DNA of 64,000 nucleotides from a virus: the IMG/VR virus record IMGVR_UViG_3300021138_002231, positions 19,936 through 83,935 of that record; one strand, written 5' to 3'. The translations under genes were made by a program, and so were the position numbers. How positions within the stretch are numbered: the stretch's first letter is position 1; each line of letters begins with the position of its first letter. Positions 7,453 through 16,847 of the stretch are shown here, piece after piece. Below the pieces are notes generated by a model. That model ran no database searches, was not told where the DNA came from, and was given only the letters and a program-made list of their open reading frames with translations.

Positions 7453-9959
7453 ATATTGATATTCTGAAATCTTGTGTTATCTTGGATCATTAATTCCTCT
7501 CTTTCATATGCACCTTTCTTTATGATATTTTCGCATGCTCTTAAAATATATGCATATCTATCAGAATTTTCTATTTGCATATAATATTCAATATCATTTA
7601 GTAATTTACCAAATTCTACATATTTTTGATTTTCAAGCATTTTCAACTCTTCATATTTTTCACGAATGTCTTGAATACTTTCTTTTTTAAATAAATTAAA
7701 TTCATTTAATTTATTTAAATATGCAATGTAGTTTTCTTTACTTTTATCTTTAGAATATGTATTCCATAAATTTGTACATTCAAAAAGATATTCATTATAT
7801 TCATTATAATAATTAAACATAAGTTGTGTATTGATTAATGGCATTTCACCGACGCCAACCATTGCTAAACGATTGTAGAGAATCGCGTCATATTTAGCAA
7901 TGAAACTTCGTATTAATGCTTCTTCAGGGCTTACGGTGCGATTTGTGTATCTACCATTTGAATCAACAACTAAAAATTTATGAACATCACAGTTAGGATT
8001 ATGACAAACTTTTTTATGTTCGATTAAATTATGAGAGGCAATGCAATAATTAATGTTGTTGACATCTATTGCTGGATTTCTATAGATAATAGAAGCCTCA
8101 TCGAGCTTGTTCATAATCACAGAATCATCTTTAATATCCTTTTCTTCAAAATAAATAGCGCTGCTATCTATAATATTTGAAGCAAAATTCTCTGTCATTT
8201 TTTTCCATTCAGTTTTTACTGAGTATTTGTCGCCAATTGTTGCATTTGACCCTGCTGTTAATTCATTTCCATATTTCGAAGATTTAGCAATACTACCATC
8301 TGGTAAATATAAGTTTTTATCAAGGTTATATCGTTTAGTATTTGACAACATTCCATAATATTCACCTACAAAAACGACTTTTTCTTTGATAACAGGATGA
8401 TATAATCCAGATTCATCTTGTTCCCAATGAGAAATAACATCACATGGAATAACAAAATCAACAATATAATTCATACTTCCTGATTTATCAAAATCAGGTG
8501 CTGTTATAGATATACGTTGAGGAACAGCAGCAAGACCATACGATCTTAATTTATTAATAATAGCCCTTTCTGGTCCTGAATCAATATTAAAACAAGTATA
8601 AACTTCATCTTTGTGTATTCTTCCACCCAATGCATAAATGGGATCATCTTTATCATATCCAATGTCTAGTAACATGTCTCTAAATTTACTTAAAGTTTTC
8701 TCGCAAATTTGTTCATAACAATATTTTAGACATTGTTCTACTTCATTTCTTGGAACAGTATTTCGATCTGTTAAAACTAAATGTAATCTTTCAATTGCAT
8801 TTGAAGAATTGCTGCTTAAAAATTCGTCAATGTATTGTTTAAATACAGGCAAAATAACTTCATCATCTTTTCTGCGTTCTTCAATTGCTAAGTTATACTC
8901 TTCTTTATTAGTTGGCTTAGGCATTTTATAAAAAAATACATTTTCGCATTTCTTAATGCTAGAATCTTCAACTTTATCCCATCTTATGCCTAAAGGCAAT
9001 AAAATATCAGAATATGCGTTTATTGGCATAGGATCAGGCATGATGCTTTTATTAATTTCTAGTTCATTTTCATCTTTGCCTAAATGACTCCAAATTTGTC
9101 CTGCTCTAGTACCGTCATTATTATCTCTAACTAGATTATTTATAAAAGGGATACTTGATAAGTCTGTTTCGTTAAAACATTCCAGAATGTTTTTATCTTT
9201 TAATAATTCTATTCTATTGTCTTTAGTTGGCAACAAAAACAAAGCCATGATAATGTCATCTGTTAAATTAGGACATTGTGTTTTTTTTGACCTTAAATCA
9301 TTAATTTTTTGTTTAATGTCATTGCGTAACTGTTCAATTGTTAATGTTCTTTTTGATAAAACAGCCTTCTTTTGCATTTCTATATTGGCTTGATTAAAAA
9401 AAGCAGCCAATAAATTTTTGCCCTCTTTTTCAGAAAAGAAATTTATAGTTGGTTCGGTAGCATAAGATGCCAATTCTTCTGAATGTAGTGATAAAACCTT
9501 TTTAATTAATTCCTGTTTTAATTGATTAACAAATGAATTATAAGCACTTGTAGGCATTCCTAATGGCTTACCTTCTCTCCCAATATCTTGAGGCTTAACT
9601 TTTTCTTGATATTGAATATTAAACTCATCAAATAACTTTTTAGCCAATGCTTCATTTTCTTGAATTGCTTTTGAATATTCATTAATCTTTTTTATAACAA
9701 GATCACTACCTGGTTTATATGGTGAATTTTGAAAACCAGATAAAACAACACCAAAAACATCTGCTGATTCAATTGCCATATCACCAATATATTTAGTAAT
9801 TTCGCCTGACAATTGAACGTATTTTTCAGGATTTTCTAATATTTGTGAGATTTTTTTGTTAATTTCTTCTTGATTTTGTGTTAAAAAAGGCAGAGCGATT
9901 TTTTCTTCTTGAAATTCCGCTAATAACTGTCTGTATTTTTTAAAATTAAAACCACGCAT
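7449..9959 (-). CDS. 836-aa protein with a PD-(D/E)xK-like nuclease domain
   Basis: SGPERAIINKL...YIVDFVI...VFVGEYYG...KYSVKTEWKK. The rest is helical and unassigned. N-terminal YRQLLAE motif. Confidence 0.55.
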   Translation of the reverse strand: MRGFNFKKYRQLLAEFQEEKIALPFLTQNQEEINKKISQILENPEKYVQLSGEITKYIGDMAIESADVFGVVLSGFQNSPYKPGSDLVIKKINEYSKAIQENEALAKKLFDEFNIQYQEKVKPQDIGREGKPLGMPTSAYNSFVNQLKQELIKKVLSLHSEELASYATEPTINFFSEKEGKNLLAAFFNQANIEMQKKAVLSKRTLTIEQLRNDIKQKINDLRSKKTQCPNLTDDIIMALFLLPTKDNRIELLKDKNILECFNETDLSSIPFINNLVRDNNDGTRAGQIWSHLGKDENELEINKSIMPDPMPINAYSDILLPLGIRWDKVEDSSIKKCENVFFYKMPKPTNKEEYNLAIEERRKDDEVILPVFKQYIDEFLSSNSSNAIERLHLVLTDRNTVPRNEVEQCLKYCYEQICEKTLSKFRDMLLDIGYDKDDPIYALGGRIHKDEVYTCFNIDSGPERAIINKLRSYGLAAVPQRISITAPDFDKSGSMNYIVDFVIPCDVISHWEQDESGLYHPVIKEKVVFVGEYYGMLSNTKRYNLDKNLYLPDGSIAKSSKYGNELTAGSNATIGDKYSVKTEWKKMTENFASNIIDSSAIYFEEKDIKDDSVIMNKLDEASIIYRNPAIDVNNINYCIASHNLIEHKKVCHNPNCDVHKFLVVDSNGRYTNRTVSPEEALIRSFIAKYDAILYNRLAMVGVGEMPLINTQLMFNYYNEYNEYLFECTNLWNTYSKDKSKENYIAYLNKLNEFNLFKKESIQDIREKYEELKMLENQKYVEFGKLLNDIEYYMQIENSDRYAYILRACENIIKKGAYEREELMIQDNTRFQNINI

Positions 9960-9960
9960 A

Positions 9961-10035
9961 AAAATCTCACCTATTTTCTTTTATACTGTTTTTAAGTTTA
10001 AAATTCCTTGAAACAGTATTGATAGGTGAGATTTT
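9961..10035 (-). promoter_or_regulatory. RBS-sequestering hairpin enclosing an AAGG-N19-GTATA promoter
   Basis: 14-bp IR at 9961-9974/10022-10035 containing SD AGGTGA. Inner 9-bp IR at 9983-9991/10011-10019. Promoter motif at 9982-10009. Confidence 0.7.
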
Positions 10036-10037
10036 GT

Positions 10038-10457
10038 TTAAATTTCTTCTTCACATGACGGAATAAATTCCAAGTTCAAATGTGTAGCCGCTAAATCAGC
10101 CCCAATTTCCACAGCAGAAATAAATGGCATTAATTCCTCTTCATCTTCTAAGCCATGCATAAAATATACACTAATTTGATTTTCAATTCCAGTAGAATCA
10201 ATAACAAAAATAGGTAATGCAAACATAGATACGTAATCGTCGGATATGAATATTTTACCTTTATTAATAGGATGTAAACCTATTTGTACACAAGTGGTTT
10301 CATTCTTTTCATGATAATGCATAACAGCTTCATATGCTAAATCATGCCAATCTTCAATAAATGAATCTTTTAATAAATCTACATATGCATTACGTATTTG
10401 TTCAAAAGCTGGATGTAAGGGAATAATTGCCAAATTTGTGCGCTGAGATTCCACCAT
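10038..10457 (-). CDS. Hypothetical protein (139 aa, acidic)
   Basis: Start overlaps the stop of the upstream MerC-like gene. SD GGAGG present. Confidence 0.8.
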   Translation of the reverse strand: MVESQRTNLAIIPLHPAFEQIRNAYVDLLKDSFIEDWHDLAYEAVMHYHEKNETTCVQIGLHPINKGKIFISDDYVSMFALPIFVIDSTGIENQISVYFMHGLEDEEELMPFISAVEIGADLAATHLNLEFIPSCEEEI

Positions 10458-10885
10458 TATTTATTGTCCTCCGCGTGTTCGTGATGACATACTGTGCAAG
10501 AATGGCATAGTTTATGATTAATAAAATGCGAACAGGCCACCATAAAACCACCAATAACTAACATTAACACATAAATGTCAAAAGTATGATGTATTTTAAC
10601 ATATTCATGTAAAATTCTTCCAATGGCTAAAAATGTCAGTCCGACAGATAAAATTGCCAAAGCTAATTTTGATTTATGCTTGGTATATCCAAAGCATAAA
10701 CTCGTTACACCAATGCCAGCACTAGAAGCGAATAATAGCCATTCCATTGTTTCACTGGCAAAAAAACTTAATCCTATAATTGGGAATAGAGTAATAACTA
10801 ATGGCATCAGTGCGCAATGTATTGCGCACAAGAAAGAAGCAGTTGCTCCTACTTTGTCTAATTTTGAATGTGTTTTTAATTTCAT
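10457..10885 (-). CDS. MerC-domain membrane protein
   Basis: LDKVGATASFLCAIHCALMP signature, four hydrophobic segments and a His/Cys-rich tail. Confidence 0.8.
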   Translation of the reverse strand: MKLKTHSKLDKVGATASFLCAIHCALMPLVITLFPIIGLSFFASETMEWLLFASSAGIGVTSLCFGYTKHKSKLALAILSVGLTFLAIGRILHEYVKIHHTFDIYVLMLVIGGFMVACSHFINHKLCHSCTVCHHEHAEDNK

Positions 10886-11556
10886 AATGCATCTATTAGA
10901 TCAGATAGATTTATCTCATCTTTATTATTGTTGTTTGTAAAGCCTTTTATGTTATAAGAATAACGATGAACTCCTTTAATCATGCCATATTTTTTAACAG
11001 CCTGCTTATGTTCTTCATTAATATATCCTTTATGATTCTCAAATTTATAGTCAGGATATTTTTCAGCCAATTCCATAATATATTCATCTCTTGCAACTTT
11101 AGCTAACACAGATGCTGCGGCTATACTTAAACTCGTAGCATCTCCTTTAACAATCATATTATATGGTTTAAGAGTAAACGACGTTGTTTGATCAACTAAA
11201 TAAATATTTACTTGTTTCTCTATTTGAGACGAACATTGTTTTGCCGCCATTTCCATTGCCTGACGATTTGCCCAAGATAATCCCTTTTTGTCAATATCTT
11301 TTGCATCTATAAAAAATACACTCCATGCAAGTGCCAAATTTTTAATTTTATCAATCAATTCGACTCTTGTATCGTGCGAGAGCTGTTTACTATCATTAAG
11401 ACCTGAAATAGTGGCATTTTCTGGTAATATACAAGCTCCTGCTACTAATGGACCAGCCCAACAACCACGAGCAACTTCATCAATACCACAAATGACAGGA
11501 CCGTGTATTGATCTTATATTATTGTCATATTGAGCAAGTTTCTCATGAGCTTTCAT
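10882..11556 (-). CDS. rnhB: Ribonuclease HII
   Basis: GIDEVARGCWAGP, GLNDSKQL, KGDATSLSIAAASVLAKVARD, HKGY and HRYSY. Confidence 0.93.
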   Translation of the reverse strand: MKAHEKLAQYDNNIRSIHGPVICGIDEVARGCWAGPLVAGACILPENATISGLNDSKQLSHDTRVELIDKIKNLALAWSVFFIDAKDIDKKGLSWANRQAMEMAAKQCSSQIEKQVNIYLVDQTTSFTLKPYNMIVKGDATSLSIAAASVLAKVARDEYIMELAEKYPDYKFENHKGYINEEHKQAVKKYGMIKGVHRYSYNIKGFTNNNNKDEINLSDLIDAL

Positions 11557-11573
11557 AGTGTATTCTACGTGTT

Positions 11574-13322
11574 TTATTCTGAATTTATAAGCGATTCCGC
11601 AATCAAACTCAATTGTTTACTAGCCATTTTAAGAATATCTTCTGTAGAAGTTACAAGTCCGCGTAATAATTCAAGATTTTCATTTGTTTGTCCTTGCTCT
11701 AAAGACGGTAACAAATCTTCTAATTCGTAAATAAGTTCTTCTGTAAAATAATCTCTATTGTCTCTTAATAATTCTTCAACTTGAATTAATTGATCTCTAA
11801 CTACACTTTGCAAGTTAGATGTAATTGTAAACAGAGCATCTTCTTCTTTGTTTTCTTCTGCTTCTTTAAGCATTCTTTGCACTTCTTCAGAGGATAATGA
11901 AGAATTTCCTGTTAAAGTAATCGATTTAGACAATCCTGTAATCTTATCAATCGCAGAGACTGAAAGTATACCATTTGCATCAACATCAAACGTGACTTCG
12001 ATTTGTGGTGCTCCTCTTGGTGCTGGATCAACTTCAAGACTAAATTTACCCAAGAATTTATTATCTTTTGTTTGTGGCCTTTCGCCCTGATATACTTTAA
12101 TTTCAACTAATTTTTGATTATCTTCTGCTGTGGAGTAAATATCTGAAAATGATGCTGGTACAGGAGTATTGCGTTCAATCATTTTCGTCATTACTCCGCC
12201 TGCTGTTTCAATTCCTAATGTTAGAGGACTTACATCAACAAGATAAATTTCTTTATCTGATTGTCCAGAAAGAACACTGGCCTGTATTGCTGCACCAATC
12301 GCAACAGCTTCGTCGGGATTAATGGATCGATTTGGCACTTTGCCTGTCCATAATTCTACAGATTCTGCAATTTTAGGAACTCTTGTACTTCCGCCAACAA
12401 ATACGACTTCATCAATTTCAGAATAAGTAATTTTAGCATCAAGTATTGCTTGGTCTACGCATTTTTTAGCCTTTTCAATGAGTTCTTCTATTTCTTTTTC
12501 GAATTCTTGTCTGGTTACTGTAACTTTAAGATGTTTTGGCAGGCCATTTTCATGATAGAAATATGGTATATATACGTTACTGCTCTTGCTGGATGTTAGT
12601 TCTTTTTTAAGCTTTTCAGCGGCTTCTCTTAATCGAACTTTCATATTCTCATCTAATACGTCTTCTTGAATTTCTGCTTTAGAAAGAATGATTTTTTCTA
12701 GTTTTTGATCAAAATCATCTCCACCCAAAAAGGTATCTCCGCTTGTAGATTGAACTAAGAAATCCATACCATCAAGTATTTTAAGGATTGTTACGTCAAA
12801 TGTCCCGCCTCCCAAATCAAAGACAAGAACAGTTTCATCTTTATTTTTATCTAATCCATACGCTAAAGATGCGGCAGTAGGTTCGTTTATAATTCTAAGA
12901 ACTTTTAATCCTGCTAATTCTCCAGCTATAGTTGTAGATTTACGTTGATCATTATTAAAGTATGCTGGAACCGTAATAACAACAGCTTCTACTGTATCAT
13001 TAAGAAATGATTCTGCATCTTCTTTAAGTTTTTTAAGTATTTCAGATGATATTTCTTCTGGAGAAAATTCTTTATCATTAAGCATTAGTCGATCATTAGT
13101 TCCCATACGTCTTTTAATAGAACGTATTGTGGATGAGGGGTTCATTAATTCTTGATCAACTGCTGGTGCTCCAACAAGTTTTTCTTTATCTTGTGTGTAT
13201 GCAAATACAGACGGAGTTGTTCTTCCTCCTTCACTACTAGGAATAACTTCAGGGATTCCTTTATCATTTACATATGCAATACAAGAATTTGTAGTTCCAA
13301 GATCAATTCCAATTACTTTCAT
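11574..13322 (-). CDS. dnaK: Hsp70 chaperone DnaK
   Basis: GIDLGTTNS, TVPAYFN, IINEPTAA, DLGGGTFD, VGGSTRVP and PQIEVTFDVDANG. Confidence 0.97.
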   Translation of the reverse strand: MKVIGIDLGTTNSCIAYVNDKGIPEVIPSSEGGRTTPSVFAYTQDKEKLVGAPAVDQELMNPSSTIRSIKRRMGTNDRLMLNDKEFSPEEISSEILKKLKEDAESFLNDTVEAVVITVPAYFNNDQRKSTTIAGELAGLKVLRIINEPTAASLAYGLDKNKDETVLVFDLGGGTFDVTILKILDGMDFLVQSTSGDTFLGGDDFDQKLEKIILSKAEIQEDVLDENMKVRLREAAEKLKKELTSSKSSNVYIPYFYHENGLPKHLKVTVTRQEFEKEIEELIEKAKKCVDQAILDAKITYSEIDEVVFVGGSTRVPKIAESVELWTGKVPNRSINPDEAVAIGAAIQASVLSGQSDKEIYLVDVSPLTLGIETAGGVMTKMIERNTPVPASFSDIYSTAEDNQKLVEIKVYQGERPQTKDNKFLGKFSLEVDPAPRGAPQIEVTFDVDANGILSVSAIDKITGLSKSITLTGNSSLSSEEVQRMLKEAEENKEEDALFTITSNLQSVVRDQLIQVEELLRDNRDYFTEELIYELEDLLPSLEQGQTNENLELLRGLVTSTEDILKMASKQLSLIAESLINSE

Positions 13323-13356
13323 ATTTTCAACTCTTTTTATTTATTTTGAGTTCAAT

Positions 13357-13398
13357 TATACAAAAAGAATTGGAAATATTTCCAATTCTTTTTGTATA
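13357..13398. terminator. 42-bp perfect palindrome (terminator or operator) overlapping the TGTATAAT -10 of dnaK
   Basis: TATACAAAAAGAATTGGAAAT|ATTTCCAATTCTTTTTGTATA. Confidence 0.7.
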
Positions 13399-13402
13399 CA
13401 AT

Positions 13403-13756
13403 CTATTTATCTTCAGGCAATTGATTAGAAGCTCCAGGCTTATAACCTGGATAAAGTGTTTTAAGCGGATTGCCTGTTTCTAACTTTTTGCGCATCTTTT
13501 CAATTTCTTTAGTAGTAATAGGGGATTCAAGTTTGACAATACGAGGATCGCGTGGTAAATTTTCTTTATATCCATGAACCATCGAAAGCATTTGAGTGAC
13601 TTTAAACGTGTCTTTACATTTGGGGCATCGCATAATTGCGAATGCTTCAACTTCATTTTTAGGAAGCCATCCTAAATGTGATTCTTGATAAAAAGGATGC
13701 CTACAATTTCTGTTTGCACATCGTTTGGGCATACCGAAGATGACTTGGTTAAACAT
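13403..13756 (-). CDS. Zn-ribbon hypothetical protein
   Basis: CANRNC...CPKC. Preceded by an SD and the AAGG-N19-GAATA motif. Confidence 0.75.
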   Translation of the reverse strand: MFNQVIFGMPKRCANRNCRHPFYQESHLGWLPKNEVEAFAIMRCPKCKDTFKVTQMLSMVHGYKENLPRDPRIVKLESPITTKEIEKMRKKLETGNPLKTLYPGYKPGASNQLPEDK

Positions 13757-13789
13757 GCTTCCTCACACTCCTTACTAGGAATATTGTTA

Positions 13790-13817
13790 TATTCTCTATA
13801 ATGATAATTATTGCCTT
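13790..13817 (-). promoter_or_regulatory. AAGG-N19-GAATA promoter-like motif
   Basis: Minus strand AAGGCAATAATTATCATTATAGAGAATA. Confidence 0.65.
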
Positions 13818-13980
13818 TATATATTAAAATTATTATTTTAATATAATTTTAACACAAAATAGGAATTTTTTGTTAAAATTATTCTATAATATATATGGCG
13901 TCAAAGATGAATACAAATAGTTCGTTGAGGAACTAGCTCTCGTTGTTGAGACAATATCACATACAAGGAGATTTACTATT

Positions 13981-14085
13981 ATGAAAAAATTCCTCAAAGA
14001 ATTTATCACAAATTGGGAAATCATGCTAACACACGCAATGTGCGTCCAGTATGGAATTCCGAAAATCGAAGATAAAATTCGCTAA
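13981..14085 (+). CDS. Small 34-aa protein not in the ORF track (MKKFLKEFITNWEIMLTHAMCVQYGIPKIEDKIR)
   Basis: SD AAGGAG at 13965-13970 and TATAAT at 13885-13890. Its stop abuts the convergent helicase stop. Confidence 0.55.
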   Translation: MKKFLKEFITNWEIMLTHAMCVQYGIPKIEDKIR

Positions 14086-15890
14086 ACTATCTCTAAAGTC
14101 CATGCTCTTTCGTTATTATATACTTGTTTACGAACTGAAGCATGTTCTTTAAACTCTCTCTGCTGGCTAAGGAAATCAATGACGATAGCCTCAGATTTAC
14201 CATTTTCAATGGATTCTTCAATGTTTTTTCCTACACAACGAAGAACACGTCCGATGGCCTGATAAGTGGTGATTGTTGATTTATTTGATCCAGCAAGAAT
14301 CAACACCGTCACTTTCGGGGCATCAATACCTGTATTTGCCCATTTCGTAGCAATTACAATCGTTTCGTTCCTTTCTAACTTATCAAGCATTCTTCGTCTA
14401 TAATCTTTCTCTTCTTCGTTCGGATCATCATCTTCATCTTCTTTAGCTCCAGTTCCAGGAATAAAGACTGAATTTTTAATCATACTTTCAAGAAGATAAC
14501 CATGATCTTTTTGATCCACAAGAATAAGAACAGGTTTCCCCTCTTCCATAAAGGCTTCGGCAAATTGTTTAATGCGATAATTTCTTTCCCAATTATTGAT
14601 TATATTGATATTATATGTATCTTGATACGTTTTACCACTTTTATGATATCCTATTTTAACAAGAAATATTCTAGGTGGAACTAAATAGCCCATTTCAATT
14701 AAATCAGAGCTAGAAACAGAAATTACTTTTCTGCCAAGCGATCCTTCCATTCTAATTTCTTGATTGTCTTCGCGCCAAGGAGTTGCGGAAAGTCCTATTT
14801 TATAATATGCATTTTTGGCATAATTACTTAACTCTTCAACAATAACTGCCGCGAGATGTGCTTCATCAACAATAAAAGCTTTGCATTCTTGAATAAGTTT
14901 TCTTACAGATTGTTTCTGCTCAATCAATTTGATTTTATCATTTAATGCCTTTTCTTCATCTAAATACACTTTTTTAACATCTTTAATTAAAGCTTTAAAA
15001 TCTTTGTCGTATTTAGCCTGGTGTGTTTTGATTTCTTTTTCAATTTTAATTTGTTTTTTGGGATCAGTTTCTAATTTTAAAGATTTATTTAAATTGTTAA
15101 TTATTAATAATTGTTCATTTAAAGATTCTTTTGCGGTCTTTTCTACTTTTTCATATTGTGTTTTAGCTTTATCATAAGCAGATTTGATTTGTTCTAAAGT
15201 TCGTGTTTTGGAATTTTCTTCTGAAACAAGTTTTTTTGCACTTTCTGAATATTTCACATCAAAAGCAGTAAGCGCAGTTTGATAAGTGACAATGTTAATT
15301 CCCTCAAGATTTAAATCACATTTTCCGCCACCCGCAATGCCAATTTTTACAGGTTTTCCGTCTTTACGAATATATTTATGAAATTCTTCTTGAGTTTGAT
15401 TTAGCAAAGAAATAGAAGGAACTATAAAGATAACAGGAGATACTGAAAATTCAGCCAGCATTTCACATGAAAGCATGGTTTTGCCTGCTCCAGTTCCTAG
15501 TTCTAGCATAGCTCTTGTGTACTTTTTAGCTAATTTAGGAGCTTCGATTTGATATGGCCTTAATTTTTTGTTGCCGAAATCACATGTAATTTGATAATTC
15601 TGTTCAGGCTTTGGTCTTGTATCCTCTATTTTGTAATCAATTTCATTTTTCTTGAAAAACTTCACAACACGAGGGACTAATCCAGTGGGAAGCGATTGAG
15701 AAGCTTTACGATAAAGTGATATTCGTCCATCCCACAAGCCTTCTTTAACTTTGGGTGCCCATTCTATATTAGGAGGCATATAACTAAGTTCTTGGCGTAT
15801 AGATTCATGAAAATCTTTATTGATGGTATAACTTTCATGAATTTGACCAATTAATTTAGCTTGGACATTATCAATTAAAATTCTTATCAT
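14082..15890 (-). CDS. SF2 DEAH helicase (UvsW / ResIII-like)
   Basis: LRPYQ, GTGAGKT, VDEAH, GLSATP, TGIDAP and QAIGRVLR. UvsW-like N-terminus WDGRISLY. Confidence 0.88.
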   Translation of the reverse strand: MIRILIDNVQAKLIGQIHESYTINKDFHESIRQELSYMPPNIEWAPKVKEGLWDGRISLYRKASQSLPTGLVPRVVKFFKKNEIDYKIEDTRPKPEQNYQITCDFGNKKLRPYQIEAPKLAKKYTRAMLELGTGAGKTMLSCEMLAEFSVSPVIFIVPSISLLNQTQEEFHKYIRKDGKPVKIGIAGGGKCDLNLEGINIVTYQTALTAFDVKYSESAKKLVSEENSKTRTLEQIKSAYDKAKTQYEKVEKTAKESLNEQLLIINNLNKSLKLETDPKKQIKIEKEIKTHQAKYDKDFKALIKDVKKVYLDEEKALNDKIKLIEQKQSVRKLIQECKAFIVDEAHLAAVIVEELSNYAKNAYYKIGLSATPWREDNQEIRMEGSLGRKVISVSSSDLIEMGYLVPPRIFLVKIGYHKSGKTYQDTYNINIINNWERNYRIKQFAEAFMEEGKPVLILVDQKDHGYLLESMIKNSVFIPGTGAKEDEDDDPNEEEKDYRRRMLDKLERNETIVIATKWANTGIDAPKVTVLILAGSNKSTITTYQAIGRVLRCVGKNIEESIENGKSEAIVIDFLSQQREFKEHASVRKQVYNNERAWTLEIV

Positions 15891-15901
15891 AACATTATAT
15901 T

Positions 15902-15953
15902 ATAGTACAAAAACACACTGGAATGTTATAATTCCAGTGTGTTTTTGTACTAT
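15902..15953. terminator. 23-bp stem, 6-nt loop hairpin
   Basis: ATAGTACAAAAACACACTGGAAT-GTTATA-ATTCCAGTGTGTTTTTGTACTAT. Confidence 0.75.
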
Positions 15954-15964
15954 TTATGATTAAA

Positions 15965-16378
15965 TTAATTCCCGCCAAGTAAGAATCGAGTTCTTTGTTC
16001 TTCTCGTTCTTTTGAATCAGCATAAGGATGATTAGCCACCCAATTGTTGAACAATGCATCAAGCTCGGCTTGATCAACTTCTGGTCTTGTGCCAGGAGCA
16101 TAAACAGGAACAACAATTGGAGAAGGTTCTGGAGCAGGAACAGGAACAACGGCTGGCGTTGGTTCAGGTGTTGGTTCAGGTGTTACAGGCACTACAATTT
16201 CTTGTGTACTTCCGTCAGGTTCTTTGACGATAATTACTTCTTCAGGATTTGTAGTACCAGGCGCTGGTTGTTCAATTACAACGGTAGGTTGCCCTTCGCT
16301 TTCTGAACTAACGTCTGAAGTATTAGTTGTTTTAACAACTTCGGTCTGTGATTCTGTGGGTTTATCTCTTTTTGCCAT
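15965..16378 (-). CDS. Pro/Glu-rich low-complexity protein
   Basis: SD AAGGAG. PEPTPEPTP repeats. Confidence 0.75.
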   Translation of the reverse strand: MAKRDKPTESQTEVVKTTNTSDVSSESEGQPTVVIEQPAPGTTNPEEVIIVKEPDGSTQEIVVPVTPEPTPEPTPAVVPVPAPEPSPIVVPVYAPGTRPEVDQAELDALFNNWVANHPYADSKEREEQRTRFLLGGN

Positions 16379-16387
16379 TTTGACTCC

Positions 16388-16816
16388 TTATTTTAATACC
16401 ATCATCATTTTGACGGCTTTAGTGGTTGGTTGATTCTTCAGATGAAGCATATTTACAATTGTCAATGTAACTTGCTTAATATCTTCGATTTCTGTATCAG
16501 TTAAAGTTACATTATGATCTGCGGCTGCTTTCTGAACAAATTTCACAAATACATCGACGGCCTCATTGTCTGTAAATTTGCCTGATGCAATTTCATTTAA
16601 ACCTTCGAGCCAAATGCTATAAATAAAGTCAGCCTTGTCGCCTAGCTTTGTTCCTAAAATTTGTTTAGCTAATGAAAGAGCGATTTGAGCATATGCAACA
16701 TCATCCTTGTTGGCAGAAAGATATTTCAAACCCAAGACCGACAAAAGACCAAGCAATATGGGAATAGCCCACGATGCTACAGTTACTCCAAATGCTGTTA
16801 AAAGTGTTTCGTGCAT
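16388..16816 (-). CDS. Membrane-anchored protein, possibly holin-like
   Basis: One N-terminal hydrophobic helix followed by a helical soluble part. SD AAGGTAGG. The holin call is inference. Confidence 0.5.
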   Translation of the reverse strand: MHETLLTAFGVTVASWAIPILLGLLSVLGLKYLSANKDDVAYAQIALSLAKQILGTKLGDKADFIYSIWLEGLNEIASGKFTDNEAVDVFVKFVQKAAADHNVTLTDTEIEDIKQVTLTIVNMLHLKNQPTTKAVKMMMVLK

Positions 16817-16847
16817 ATTTTTAATACCTACCTTTTATTTTGTTTGT

